A stretch of 59,561 nucleotides of DNA from a virus. Its lineage: Duplodnaviria > Caudoviricetes. The stretch is taken from positions 1 to 59,561 of the IMG/VR virus record IMGVR_UViG_3300034160_000048; one strand, written 5' to 3'. Position numbers and translations under genes: made by a program. The notes beneath the pieces are model-generated. The model worked only from the letters and a program-made list of their open reading frames with translations. It made no database searches and was not told the DNA's origin. Below are positions 16,369 through 25,996 of the stretch, one piece after another. Every line of letters starts with the position of its first letter. Position 1 is the first letter of the stretch.

Positions 16369-18361
16369 CTTCGTCCACGCCCTTAAGCTTGTCGAGCATC
16401 GCCTGCAGGAACTCCTCGTGGTCGAGTCCGAAGTAAGGTGAGTTAGGGTGCGGGTCAAGATTGTAGCTGGGCTCGAAAGGGGCCCCGGCCTCGTCGATGA
16501 TATGAGTAGGTGTTTTGACAATGTCGTCCAGTAAGAATCCCAAAGCCCCCGACCGGTGCCGGCCATTGTGACCCACCACGCGCACATCAGTGGGCAAGTC
16601 ACCGAGGCTGGGATCACCGAAGGACATGTGGAGGAAGGGTGGTTCACGGAGCCCCCTGCCGTGCGCCCCCATACTCGTAGCGAGGTCGAGCATGCTCGTC
16701 ATGTCTTCGGATGGCGAATCAAGAACTTGAAATGGCCGTTTTTGCTTGAGCCACGGACCAAGACCGTCGTTGTTGTTGATGTTGTGATACGTGACGCCTT
16801 GCTGCTTGGGGAAAGGGTTCGCTAGGTCGTTAAACTCGCCCTGGTCAAGCAGCGCTATTGGATATTCGGTGCCCGCCAGCTTGTACAGACCCTCGTCGGA
16901 TAGGTATTTACGAAACAACGGCTCTTCATCAAGCAGCCGTACCCCCCGGTCCGCGAACCTCTTACCTTTTTCATTCTTGATACGCAGCAAGGTGCCGACC
17001 TTGCCGCCGTTGGCCTTCTTGGCAAAGGTGCCCCGGGCAGAGCCAAGTAACTGTTCGTACGAGTCGGGGATGGTGTAGCCCGAAGAGGGTAGTAGCAATT
17101 CGTCCTGTCCCGACAGCAAATTAGGAAGCGCCCGCATGAGTTTGTCGCGGTTGATCGTGAAGGACACACCGCCCGGAACCTCCGTAGGCCGGTGCTTCGC
17201 CAAGTACGGGGCGCTCTGGGCAAAGTCGTCGGCCTGCCCCCGGGAGGTGCTGGCCGAGGACAACGCGTGCGGGCCAATCGTTACGTTGCCCCGGTCGGGG
17301 AACAGCTTGTACAGGTCCTCGACCGTATCTCCGTAGTAAATCCCCCGGTGCAGCGGGGTGGAGGGCTTGACATCGATAGCGTATTTCGAAAAAAGCTTGT
17401 TAAGGTCGTTGTCGCTAACGTGGTCTACCCACTCTGACATGTCGGCCAGTCTCTCGAAGTCATCCGTTCCCACGGCCGGGTACACAAACCCGGGGTGATC
17501 AATGGCGTCGAGATACGAGGAGCTGTTATCGCCGTAGTCGCCTTTGAACCCCTCGTCGTCCAACATTTTCAGGACGTTCTTGAGGCCGCGGACCTTTGAT
17601 ATTTTCCCGCCGCCGGCCATCGCCGGGACATGGGGATTAAGCCGCTGAGGGTCGCTGGCTGAGTAACGGCGGACTAATTCCCGGAAACTAAGTTCGTCGT
17701 CGGGCGAGGGGGCACGAGGCTCCTCCCCGTCGCCCAGCGTTCCGAGCGCGCCGCCTGCAACGGCCCCTGTGAGGTAGCTAGAGGCTTTGCCGTCCACAGT
17801 CGGGCCCAGGTATTCCGCAATTGCCCGCACGGGGTTGGCCTTGATCAACTCCGACGCAGTCTTCACGCCCTTAGCCGGGAGCAGCGGGATCTGGCCCAGC
17901 ATCGTCCCGCCCGCTTCCTCCAGGTTTTGCAGGAACCCCTCGGGCTCCGACAACCCGGCGTCCGCATTGATCTTTGCGCCGAGGGCCTCCTGCCGCGCAG
18001 ACGCTTCCTCCGCGAACTGCGGGGTGTCCATGGTGCCAACCCTTTCGGCAAGGCCCGGGGACACGTAGCGGTCGGCCAACTCCACGAGCCCGTTCGACAG
18101 GGCGGGTACCAGCGCCGGCAGCGCCAGCGCCTCATTGATTACGCCGGGCAACCGCATCCGGGGCCCCCGGTCGCTGTCCTCAATTGCGAAAGGCGCGGCA
18201 ACATTGCCTTCCTTGTCGAGCGACAGAAGCTGTGACATCAGGGCGGAAGCTACGCGGGCCCGGTCCTCGCTCCACGACGGGATTCCTGCGGCCCGAGCCA
18301 GATTTGCGCCCCACGCGGCAATCGAGGTGGGGTCACCCTTTGGCTTACTATCGTCCGGCAC
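16241..18361 (-). CDS. multidomain internal virion/ejection protein with putative ADP-ribosyltransferase and ParB/Srx-like domains
   Basis: GTG 18361 with GGAGG RBS; LHRG...SSASTS...QDELLLP; VVGHNGRHR; domains bounded by MAGGG, KANGG, FSQGG. Confidence 0.7.
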   Translation of the reverse strand: MPDDSKPKGDPTSIAAWGANLARAAGIPSWSEDRARVASALMSQLLSLDKEGNVAAPFAIEDSDRGPRMRLPGVINEALALPALVPALSNGLVELADRYVSPGLAERVGTMDTPQFAEEASARQEALGAKINADAGLSEPEGFLQNLEEAGGTMLGQIPLLPAKGVKTASELIKANPVRAIAEYLGPTVDGKASSYLTGAVAGGALGTLGDGEEPRAPSPDDELSFRELVRRYSASDPQRLNPHVPAMAGGGKISKVRGLKNVLKMLDDEGFKGDYGDNSSSYLDAIDHPGFVYPAVGTDDFERLADMSEWVDHVSDNDLNKLFSKYAIDVKPSTPLHRGIYYGDTVEDLYKLFPDRGNVTIGPHALSSASTSRGQADDFAQSAPYLAKHRPTEVPGGVSFTINRDKLMRALPNLLSGQDELLLPSSGYTIPDSYEQLLGSARGTFAKKANGGKVGTLLRIKNEKGKRFADRGVRLLDEEPLFRKYLSDEGLYKLAGTEYPIALLDQGEFNDLANPFPKQQGVTYHNINNNDGLGPWLKQKRPFQVLDSPSEDMTSMLDLATSMGAHGRGLREPPFLHMSFGDPSLGDLPTDVRVVGHNGRHRSGALGFLLDDIVKTPTHIIDEAGAPFEPSYNLDPHPNSPYFGLDHEEFLQAMLDKLKGVDEVIPESHKLRSTLGNPKRLPWRKDRAFSQGGLLGENGAQAATR

Positions 18362-21300
18362 TTGCTGCCTCCATGATGGTCTGCTTGTTGTCCTCCAACA
18401 TGCGTTCCAACTCCTGATCCTCGATTGCGCCCCGGGGCGCGGGCTGCTGGGCAACCGCCGTCGCCCGGGTCCCGTGCTTCGCGATGGCCTGCCCCTGCCG
18501 CATGCGCTGCTCCACGCGCGCCGCTTCACTCCGCAGCCGGTTCACAGCGCCTGCTGCGGTTCCCGGGTCCCCGATCATGAGGTTGAGGGCCGCCTCGTCC
18601 GCCGTCTTGGTGGACATCGGGACGTAATCCTTGATCGCCCGCAACGTGTTCGCCAGCGCCCAATTACTGCTGCCCTCGCCGGGGTTGCCCATGAGCACGG
18701 CCTGCGAGGCGGCGTTGAGCCCGGCTTTCGCGGCCCGGGTCGCGGGGCTGCCGCCGAGAGCCTCGTTGGCGGAGTCCGCCCGTGCCGCGCCCGCCCGGGT
18801 GAGGACCTTGCGCGACTTCTCGAAGTTGACGAACTCCGTCTCCAGATTATGCACGAACGCCTCGTATTCCTTCGGCTTGTCAAACAGGGCCCGCAGCTTC
18901 TCCTGCCCCGCCGAATTCCCTATGAGGTTCTTCAGGGGATTCGCGCCCCGGGGCGCTTTCGACATCTGCGTGTAGAGGTACTCCGCGACGCCCGACCGCA
19001 ACGCGTCTTTCTCCGCGAACGACATTGTGTCGACGGCCCGCTGCAGCTCCTTCGGGCTCAGGCGGCTGTACTCTTCGCGGCCCATCTTGAGCGCGTCGCG
19101 CACTTCAAGGTCGCCTGCGAATTGGGCACGGGCCGTCTTGTACTCCGGGGCCGCAGCATCCAGTTCATCCCGTAGCCGGTTACGGACGCCCCGGATCACC
19201 TTACCGTAGCTGTTGGTGCCCGTGCGCTCCATCTTGGAAATGGTGTCGTCAAGGGCCCGCTTGATGGCGTCCGCTCCTTCCAGAGTGACATGACCCAACG
19301 ACCCGTCGGGACGGATTTTGCCAATAGTCCTGCCCTCGTGCTTCAGCATCTCCGAGGCGCGCTTGATGGCTTGCTTCCCGACCTTGGTGCCGGCCATCTC
19401 GTCGATGGCCGTGATCTTGAGTTTCGGGTACTTGGCGTATGCCTGCTCATACAACGGCTTCGCGTTCGCGTACAACGCGTCGGTGAGGTCGTCCATCTTC
19501 GTGTAATACTCGTCGGGCTTCAGCGCTTTGTTGATCGCACTGCCAACCCGATCGCCTGCCTGCCCCTGCCGCTGCTCCAGCAGGTCGGACAAGGCAATAG
19601 GACCCTTCCCGGGTTTCCCGGCCACAGCCCCGGCAAGAGCGTCGGTGTGCGACCCGCCGACGTCGGCCAGCACAGACGGAACTCCTGCGCGGTTGTCCTT
19701 CTGCAGGCGCTGCAGGATCTGGCCCAGATCAAGCCCGTCCCGGGACAGGGCTTCGAGGACTTTCCTGTCGCCGCCTGAGATCGCGTTGTTCGACATCCGG
19801 TCCCCGACGTAACGCACGAGCCCGGTGCCGTACTTGGCCGCGAGCCCGCCCAACGGAGCAAGCGTCCCGCCCAACAGGCCACCCTGCACGATGTCGGACG
19901 GCATTTCGCCCGGTTCCTGCGACGCGCCCGCGCCGCCGATAGCACCGGAGATCGCGCCCGCGCCGATAAGCTTGCCCGAGTTTGACTTCGGGATGGCCTT
20001 GCCGACCAGCGCCGCCACCTTACCCGCCTTTCCACCCTTCCGGCTCAGGGCCTTGAGGGCGGCTTCCGCTGCATACGTTCCCCCGATGCTAACGGGAAGA
20101 GCGCCCGCCGCCTGGGTAGCGAAATTGGAGATAGGGTAGTTGTTGGCCATCTGCTCGAGCGATGCGCGCTCGTCAGTCAGATTGTCTTTATAGGGCCCGG
20201 GCCTCGCTTTTGCCAACATTTCGTCGCTGAAGTTGAAGCTTGCCCCCTGCGCTGCGGCCCGGGCGAGATCCGCCATGTTCACCCTGTACGAGTCGTCCTT
20301 CTGGTTCTCGTCCTCGTCGTACAGTGCGTTGAGATCGATGCCCTTGACCGGGCCGCCCTCGGCCTTCTTTATTGGCGGCAGTCCTGCTGGGGGCCCCGGA
20401 TTCAAGTTCTCGCTGGTAACGGGCTTTGTGTTGCGGGCTCCCGGAGCTGAATAGATAGAGTTTAATTCGCTGTTGAGCCGCTTGACAGCTTGAGTATAGT
20501 CGCTGCCGCTGATGTTGCCCATTTCCAAGGCGCTATCAAGATAATCTCTTGCGTCCGAAGCCGAATCAGACCTGAGTGCCTCTTTTACAAGCCGGGCTAC
20601 TTTTCCGACCTTCCCGCCCTCGGCATAGCCCTCAACGACACCGCCGTTGGCCTTCGCCGGGACGTAGTCGTTGGGGTTATAGTTCGGGTCTTTCGTGTCC
20701 GGGGGCGCGGGCTCCGCGTCCGCTGCAGGCACATCCTCGGCGGGGGCCATCTGCGATCGGAAGTACTCCTCGGGAGTGATGAAATTCTCGTTGAGTTTGA
20801 TGCGCTCCTTCGCCGTGTCGGTGCTCTTGTCGAAGATCGGCACCGCGTCCACGTACTCGCGCCAGTAACGTTCAGAACCGTTGAGGTGGCCGTAGGTCGC
20901 CTTGTAGTTCTCAAGGTACCGCAGGTAATCGCGGTTGCGCTGGATACGGGCCCGCTGCGCCTTGGCAATTTTGGCGTTGGTGTCGTACCGCTTGTCGGTA
21001 GAAACCGTCGCCAGCCGGAACTGCTGGGCGTCGAAGTTCGACACGCTGCCCTCGCCCGTGCGCTTCTCGTCGCGGGCTTGGTGCGCTGTGATCGCTTCCA
21101 TCGTCTGCGCCGGCACACCCATCGACAGGAAGTCTTTGAGCACCGGGATCTTGTACAGGATGTTGGTCCCCAATTTCCGGTTGGCCTGCATGAAGGTCTG
21201 GTAATCCTGGTCGATCCGGTCCTGATCCGCCACCACGGTGCGGAGGGTCGACAGCTTGGCCTCCGCCGCCTTGTCCCAAGTCTGCAGCGTATTCTGGCGC

Positions 21301-22133
21301 TCCTTCACACTCTGGTGCTTCAGGATCGGATTGAACGGCACGAACGGCACGCCGTTCTCCTGCGCCATGATCATGTTGTCCTTGTCAGCCACATCATCGG
21401 GGGTGACATCGGTTCCAGACTTGGCGCGGTCGTCGGCGCGGTTGCGCTTGGAGGCAAAGGCAACGTAGTCCGAGAACTCTTTGGTCCCCGGGGTGAAGCC
21501 CCTGTCGGCAGCTTCCTTGCCCTCAGGACTCATGGGCTTACCGCCCTCGCCCGCAGTGCCCGTCGAACCTCTTGTTTCCTTACCGATGATCCCCAGCGTG
21601 TCCGACATCAGGCGGCTGCGTGAGGTGCGGCGCGACTTGTATAGGTCCATCTTGTTGCGGGCAAGATCCCTGTCGATCTGGCCAATCAACCCCGCGTACT
21701 CCAGGCCCTGCTTCTCGTCGCCCGCCTGCTCCATCCGCTTGTTGCGCAGTGGCGCGATCATCGAGCCGGTCACATTGCCGATGGTTTCGCCAAACCCACC
21801 CGTACGGGTCGGGGACGCGAACGCCGACGACATCGCCAACAGCATCTCGGCGTTGTTGTAGCGCTTATTCATCAGCTTCTCGCGGGCGGCCACCAGTGCG
21901 GCACGGGCCTCCTGTGTGCTCTTGGCAATGTCCCCGAGCGCACTATCCTCTTCCCCCTCGATCTGCGGGGACTTGTCGTACTGCTCGTTGAAGATCCGCG
22001 TTGCCAGCTTCTTAGCCTCCGGCGACGTATAGCTGCCCATCATCGCAAGGAGCGCGCCCTGCGGCGACTGCGACGAGTAGGGGGACTGCGGCTCGGGCGG
22101 CAGGATGTCATCACCTTCGTAATCGTTAGCCAT
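18348..22133 (-). CDS. large internal virion / DNA ejection protein
   Basis: ~1260-aa helical Ala/Gly-rich ORF, GGAGGTG RBS before ATG 22133, GSVSNFD motif, typical position after tail genes. Confidence 0.75.
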   Translation of the reverse strand: MANDYEGDDILPPEPQSPYSSQSPQGALLAMMGSYTSPEAKKLATRIFNEQYDKSPQIEGEEDSALGDIAKSTQEARAALVAAREKLMNKRYNNAEMLLAMSSAFASPTRTGGFGETIGNVTGSMIAPLRNKRMEQAGDEKQGLEYAGLIGQIDRDLARNKMDLYKSRRTSRSRLMSDTLGIIGKETRGSTGTAGEGGKPMSPEGKEAADRGFTPGTKEFSDYVAFASKRNRADDRAKSGTDVTPDDVADKDNMIMAQENGVPFVPFNPILKHQSVKERQNTLQTWDKAAEAKLSTLRTVVADQDRIDQDYQTFMQANRKLGTNILYKIPVLKDFLSMGVPAQTMEAITAHQARDEKRTGEGSVSNFDAQQFRLATVSTDKRYDTNAKIAKAQRARIQRNRDYLRYLENYKATYGHLNGSERYWREYVDAVPIFDKSTDTAKERIKLNENFITPEEYFRSQMAPAEDVPAADAEPAPPDTKDPNYNPNDYVPAKANGGVVEGYAEGGKVGKVARLVKEALRSDSASDARDYLDSALEMGNISGSDYTQAVKRLNSELNSIYSAPGARNTKPVTSENLNPGPPAGLPPIKKAEGGPVKGIDLNALYDEDENQKDDSYRVNMADLARAAAQGASFNFSDEMLAKARPGPYKDNLTDERASLEQMANNYPISNFATQAAGALPVSIGGTYAAEAALKALSRKGGKAGKVAALVGKAIPKSNSGKLIGAGAISGAIGGAGASQEPGEMPSDIVQGGLLGGTLAPLGGLAAKYGTGLVRYVGDRMSNNAISGGDRKVLEALSRDGLDLGQILQRLQKDNRAGVPSVLADVGGSHTDALAGAVAGKPGKGPIALSDLLEQRQGQAGDRVGSAINKALKPDEYYTKMDDLTDALYANAKPLYEQAYAKYPKLKITAIDEMAGTKVGKQAIKRASEMLKHEGRTIGKIRPDGSLGHVTLEGADAIKRALDDTISKMERTGTNSYGKVIRGVRNRLRDELDAAAPEYKTARAQFAGDLEVRDALKMGREEYSRLSPKELQRAVDTMSFAEKDALRSGVAEYLYTQMSKAPRGANPLKNLIGNSAGQEKLRALFDKPKEYEAFVHNLETEFVNFEKSRKVLTRAGAARADSANEALGGSPATRAAKAGLNAASQAVLMGNPGEGSSNWALANTLRAIKDYVPMSTKTADEAALNLMIGDPGTAAGAVNRLRSEAARVEQRMRQGQAIAKHGTRATAVAQQPAPRGAIEDQELERMLEDNKQTIMEAASAGR

Positions 22134-22135
22134 TA

Positions 22136-23638
22136 TCAACCACCTCCCGTGCCGGTTCCGCCGCTCATCGCCTGTTGCCATCCCGCCATGCCCGTACCCA
22201 TCGCCGCCAGCGTCGCCAGCGGCGACGGCTGGTAAACGTTCGAGGGCCCGGTGGCCGTGGTAGTAGTCGCCTGCCCGACTGCGCTATTCGGGACGCCCCG
22301 GATGATGTTCGACAGCCAGTCAACCTGCTGCTGCGGGAAGGCCCGCTGGGCGAGGAAGTCCTGATAGGCCATCGTAAGGTTCTGCTGATCGAGGTTCTGT
22401 TGCCGGGTGCCGATGGCGTCGAGCGCCGCCGCATCGCGGGTGTTGGCCGAGCTGATGTTGGTGCCGACGTTGGCCAGCGTCTGCGCAGCATCGAGCCCGG
22501 TTTGCGTCTGCTGGTTCGCCGCGTTGCCCGCGTACTGCCCGAGGGCCCCGAGCTGCTGCGACCCCTGCAGGCGGTTGCCGGTATCGAGGTTCGCGAAGTT
22601 GCCCATCGTCGTGCCCATGTCCGCGAACTGACGGCCCGCGTTGATGATGTTCTGCACGTTCTGGTTGGCAAGATTGCCGGAGTACTGCCCCAGCGCCCCC
22701 ATTGCCGCGCCCGCGTCCACCGCGTTGCGCTGGGCGGCCACCTGATTGCTCTGGTCGGTACCCGCCGCATTGGCCGCCGTCGCGCCGATCCCCGCAATGC
22801 GGTTCATGTCGGCACCGAACTGCGTGCCGGCTGTATTCCAGGCGTCGGACAGGGCGGCATTGGCGTTGGTCTGCAGCCCCTCGGTGATGTCCCGGACTCC
22901 CTTATTCATGACCTCGGCCATACGCGACGAGCCGAACTGCCCCGCGTTGGTGAAGGTGTCGGTCATGCTAGGCATCAGCGACTCGTCGTAGAAGCGTCGC
23001 GCTTCCAGCTTCGACTTGTCGATGACGTTCTGCGTGTAGGGATTCAGGTAATCGCTGATGTTCCCCGGCAGTGTCTTGCTAGCCGAGGTCAGGTAGGGGG
23101 AGGCCGAGGCGAGGGCCCCGGGGCCCGACACGCCGCCACTTACACCACCGAGTGTGCCCGCCGCCTTGGTGAAGTAGTTAGATGCGGCGGCAGACCCCGA
23201 CAGCGCCGGATTGAGCGCCGAGCCCGTGACGTCGAAGCCGCTCTGCACATACGGGTTGGCAGCGGATGCCGCCGAGCGCCCGGGGGCCAGCGCGTCCATC
23301 ACACCGGCAGCGGAGGTGTTGAAGTACGGCTGCGAGGCGGTCAGGGCCCCGGGCCCGTTGGCTGCGTTTGTTGCAGCGGTCCCGGCTTGCTGGAGCCACG
23401 GCAAGGAGGAACCCGCATTGGAACGCACCATGTCGTTCGCGGTGTTGGTGTCCCCGGTCATGCCGGCAATGCGCGGCCCGCCGTAAGTCTCGTAGGGCTG
23501 TGCGGCTACCGCGTTGGCCCGCCCGAGCAGGCCCTGCGTGTAGTCGGACATCCACTGCGGGACGTTGGTTACTGTGGATCCGTACGTGGTGACGGACGCC
23601 GGAGGTTTACCCTCGAAAAGGAAATCAAGTAGCGAGAT
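22136..23638 (-). CDS. Gln/Ala/Gly-rich DNA ejection (pilot) protein; first ATG at 23551, frame open from ATC 23638
   Basis: PxW..DY...A..PY..YxGPRIA pattern, QQ-rich body, C-terminal amphipathic helix. Confidence 0.7.
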   Translation of the reverse strand: MSLLDFLFEGKPPASVTTYGSTVTNVPQWMSDYTQGLLGRANAVAAQPYETYGGPRIAGMTGDTNTANDMVRSNAGSSLPWLQQAGTAATNAANGPGALTASQPYFNTSAAGVMDALAPGRSAASAANPYVQSGFDVTGSALNPALSGSAAASNYFTKAAGTLGGVSGGVSGPGALASASPYLTSASKTLPGNISDYLNPYTQNVIDKSKLEARRFYDESLMPSMTDTFTNAGQFGSSRMAEVMNKGVRDITEGLQTNANAALSDAWNTAGTQFGADMNRIAGIGATAANAAGTDQSNQVAAQRNAVDAGAAMGALGQYSGNLANQNVQNIINAGRQFADMGTTMGNFANLDTGNRLQGSQQLGALGQYAGNAANQQTQTGLDAAQTLANVGTNISSANTRDAAALDAIGTRQQNLDQQNLTMAYQDFLAQRAFPQQQVDWLSNIIRGVPNSAVGQATTTTATGPSNVYQPSPLATLAAMGTGMAGWQQAMSGGTGTGGG

Positions 23639-23641
23639 AAA

Positions 23642-24172
23642 TCACCCGATATGCCGATTGCCCTTCGCCACATTTGCAGCTAGGGAAATGGTCCTAAGGT
23701 TATAAGGTACATGGAGTCCGGACACGTTTTTACCTTTTAAAGGTACTATGTGGTCTACAGTAAGACCGAGTTCGCGAGCACGTAAATATATCGAAACAAG
23801 TTTCCCACGGTCGGCCCAAGCGGGAGTAGCTTGCCTCTGGCGGGCGCGACGAGCCGCTCCCCGAGAAGCACGAGCTGCTTTAAACTCGGGGCGTTCTCTA
23901 AACAACTTCCTTGCTTCCTTGTACCCGGGTCGTGCCGACCGCTCAGCCTGCTTGGCGCGTTCCGTGGCCTTGAAAGCTTCGGACTCGAGCCGCTTGCGGG
24001 CCCTCTTGGCGATCATCTTTTCGCGATGGCAGCCAATACAGCGGCCGTTGGCAATATAGCGGACGCCCTTTTCCTTGGGGTGGTCGGCACAGACGTGGCC
24101 TTCGTACTTGCTAGTATCGCCAATGCGAGTTTTAGCGCGGTACTTCTTACCCGCTTCGGACTTTTTAGTCAC
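23642..24172 (-). CDS. HNH homing endonuclease
   Basis: ATPAWAD...VDHIVPL....VSGLHVPYNL......N..K.N; visibly more AT-rich than flanks. Confidence 0.9.
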   Translation of the reverse strand: MTKKSEAGKKYRAKTRIGDTSKYEGHVCADHPKEKGVRYIANGRCIGCHREKMIAKRARKRLESEAFKATERAKQAERSARPGYKEARKLFRERPEFKAARASRGAARRARQRQATPAWADRGKLVSIYLRARELGLTVDHIVPLKGKNVSGLHVPYNLRTISLAANVAKGNRHIG

Positions 24173-25755
24173 CGGGCGGCCTTCTTCATGTAGCTTTCGA
24201 CCGAAGGCTTTGCATTAGGACTGATCTTACCGCGTGCCAGCGCAGACCCCTTATGCTTACGCACGTTCGCACGGAAGGCGTCCAGTTTCTTTGCCCCCGC
24301 CTCGGGGCTGCCATCCCCCAGCAGTGCAAGGGTTTCGGCATCGACCACATACTCGTTTTCGGACAGTAGTGCAGGAATGTCATCTTTGCGACCCCCCGAG
24401 CCCGCGCCCGAACTTACGAAGTGTGCCGAGCGCCCGAGGCCCCCCGACGCGAAACCTGGGACCCCCTGCATGATAGTGCTGAGGTCGGGCGTAGGCGTCG
24501 TCGGCTGCTGGTTCTGGAACGGCGTATAGGTGGTGGGTCCGTAGAACGCGTGCTCCCCCTGCGGGCTCATGCCGTACGTGTAATAGTTGGTGGGATTCGC
24601 CAGCCGCTGGCGCTGGAGCTGCAGTTGCTGTAGCGGCGTGGTGAAGTTGCTGGGCAACTCAGGCGGGGCACCCGACTGCGAGGAGCCCGCGCCACCGCTT
24701 CCGGCCAGCGCTGCGAGGCCCCCGGCCACGAGCAGCGGATTCAGGCCGCTGCCCGAGGAGGCCGCCGGAGCCTCCGGGGCCGCGACGACGGGGGCTCCGT
24801 TCTGAGTATACGGCACCGAGGACGACGCCGAAGCGGGAGCCGACGAGGCCCCCGAGCCGTTGAGGATGGAAGACAGGCTCGCCCCGCCCATGACGTCGCT
24901 CATGCTGCCGGAACTCGTCGGGGCGGTAAGGCCGCTCAGGCCGCTATACCCGGACGGAGTGCTATTATGAGTATAGGGGACCGAAGAAGTTGTCGTATCG
25001 TAGTTGCTGAAACCGGTGTCCATGCCGAAGCTGGGCACGTTCATCGAGCCCGTGTTGCCGCCACCCGCCGCGCCGTCCCCAAGCCCCATGCGCTCGATGG
25101 AACCAGCGACGGCCTTGTTGATGTACGGCATCACGAGACTGTCGGCAGCGGAGCCTAGCGCGCCCTGCGCAAAGTCACCACCGGTCGCAGCATTAGCACC
25201 ACCAGCAATCACGGCGTTGCCTACCATGTCGGCGGTCTTGCCCGACAGGCCAACGGCGCTGCCAAGCTTGCCGCCAGCACCCGTCGCCCCAAGCCCGCCT
25301 GTCACCGCACCGATAAGTGCCCCCTTGCTGCCGCCGCTCATGGCGCCAGACAAAGCGCCCTTCACCGCCGCTGTCACGGCGGGAAGGGCCGAAGCGCCGA
25401 CGCCCATGGCGGAGAGACCCGCCGATAGCGCGGTGCCCACACCGGGGATGAAGTTCAGGGCAATGGGCAGCACGACCTTGGCCACCTTCTTGATCTTCTT
25501 CCAGAGTTTGGAGAAGAAGCCGTACTCCGGGAGCCCGGTGTGCGGGTTGATCGTGGGCTCGCCCCACAGCTCCTGCATCTGCTTGAATTCGTCCGGGTTT
25601 ACGTGGATCAGGATGTCGTCGCCCATCCGGCCCCGGCCCCGCACGGCTTCCGCCGCCTGGGCAAGGCCGCCAGTAGCGAAAGCCGGGAGTTCGGCCCGCT
25701 CGTACAGGCGGATCGTGATCTTACCGTCCGGGTTCGTCTTGTAAGTCGTGCTCAT
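24169..25755 (-). CDS. internal virion/ejection protein with two related FAxGG...DDI...E modules
   Basis: FATGGL..GRGRMGDDILIHVNPDE..INPHTGLPEY and FASGGL..GGRKDDIPALLSENEYVV; Gly-rich hydrophobic helices. Confidence 0.75.
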   Translation of the reverse strand: MSTTYKTNPDGKITIRLYERAELPAFATGGLAQAAEAVRGRGRMGDDILIHVNPDEFKQMQELWGEPTINPHTGLPEYGFFSKLWKKIKKVAKVVLPIALNFIPGVGTALSAGLSAMGVGASALPAVTAAVKGALSGAMSGGSKGALIGAVTGGLGATGAGGKLGSAVGLSGKTADMVGNAVIAGGANAATGGDFAQGALGSAADSLVMPYINKAVAGSIERMGLGDGAAGGGNTGSMNVPSFGMDTGFSNYDTTTSSVPYTHNSTPSGYSGLSGLTAPTSSGSMSDVMGGASLSSILNGSGASSAPASASSSVPYTQNGAPVVAAPEAPAASSGSGLNPLLVAGGLAALAGSGGAGSSQSGAPPELPSNFTTPLQQLQLQRQRLANPTNYYTYGMSPQGEHAFYGPTTYTPFQNQQPTTPTPDLSTIMQGVPGFASGGLGRSAHFVSSGAGSGGRKDDIPALLSENEYVVDAETLALLGDGSPEAGAKKLDAFRANVRKHKGSALARGKISPNAKPSVESYMKKAAR

Positions 25756-25759
25756 AAGG

Positions 25760-25996
25760 TCAGGCTCCCGTGGTGACCGCGTCAGTAAAGTACGTGGCCC
25801 ACTCCTCGAAGTTTTCGAATTGGTCAGGATTGGGCGGCTGCTGATCGGCCACCCCCGGAAGAGTCAGAACGGCTCGCGCCCACTCCTTCCAATCTTCATC
25901 GCGGCTCATGCGGGGAACCGGCCCAAACTGCCACAGGCCGAGGGCCATACGGTCGGCCCACTCAGTTGGGCGCATGCGGGTCGGGTTGATGATCAC
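25760..25996 (-). CDS. small Trp-rich virion-associated protein
   Basis: GTGA coupling, EWA...WKEWA...PNP..F..F.EWA. Confidence 0.7.
   Translation of the reverse strand: MIINPTRMRPTEWADRMALGLWQFGPVPRMSRDEDWKEWARAVLTLPGVADQQPPNPDQFENFEEWATYFTDAVTTGA

Noticed and set aside
18362-18529. ORF-track N-terminal extension of 16241-18529
   Set aside because: It overlaps the upstream gene; GTG 18361 with GGAGG is the better start.
22175-23632. Long antisense ORFs (also 33464-34678, 38400-39503, 46035-47543, 9769-10707)
   Set aside because: They are shadows of real genes on the opposite strand in GC-rich DNA, with no motifs or RBS.
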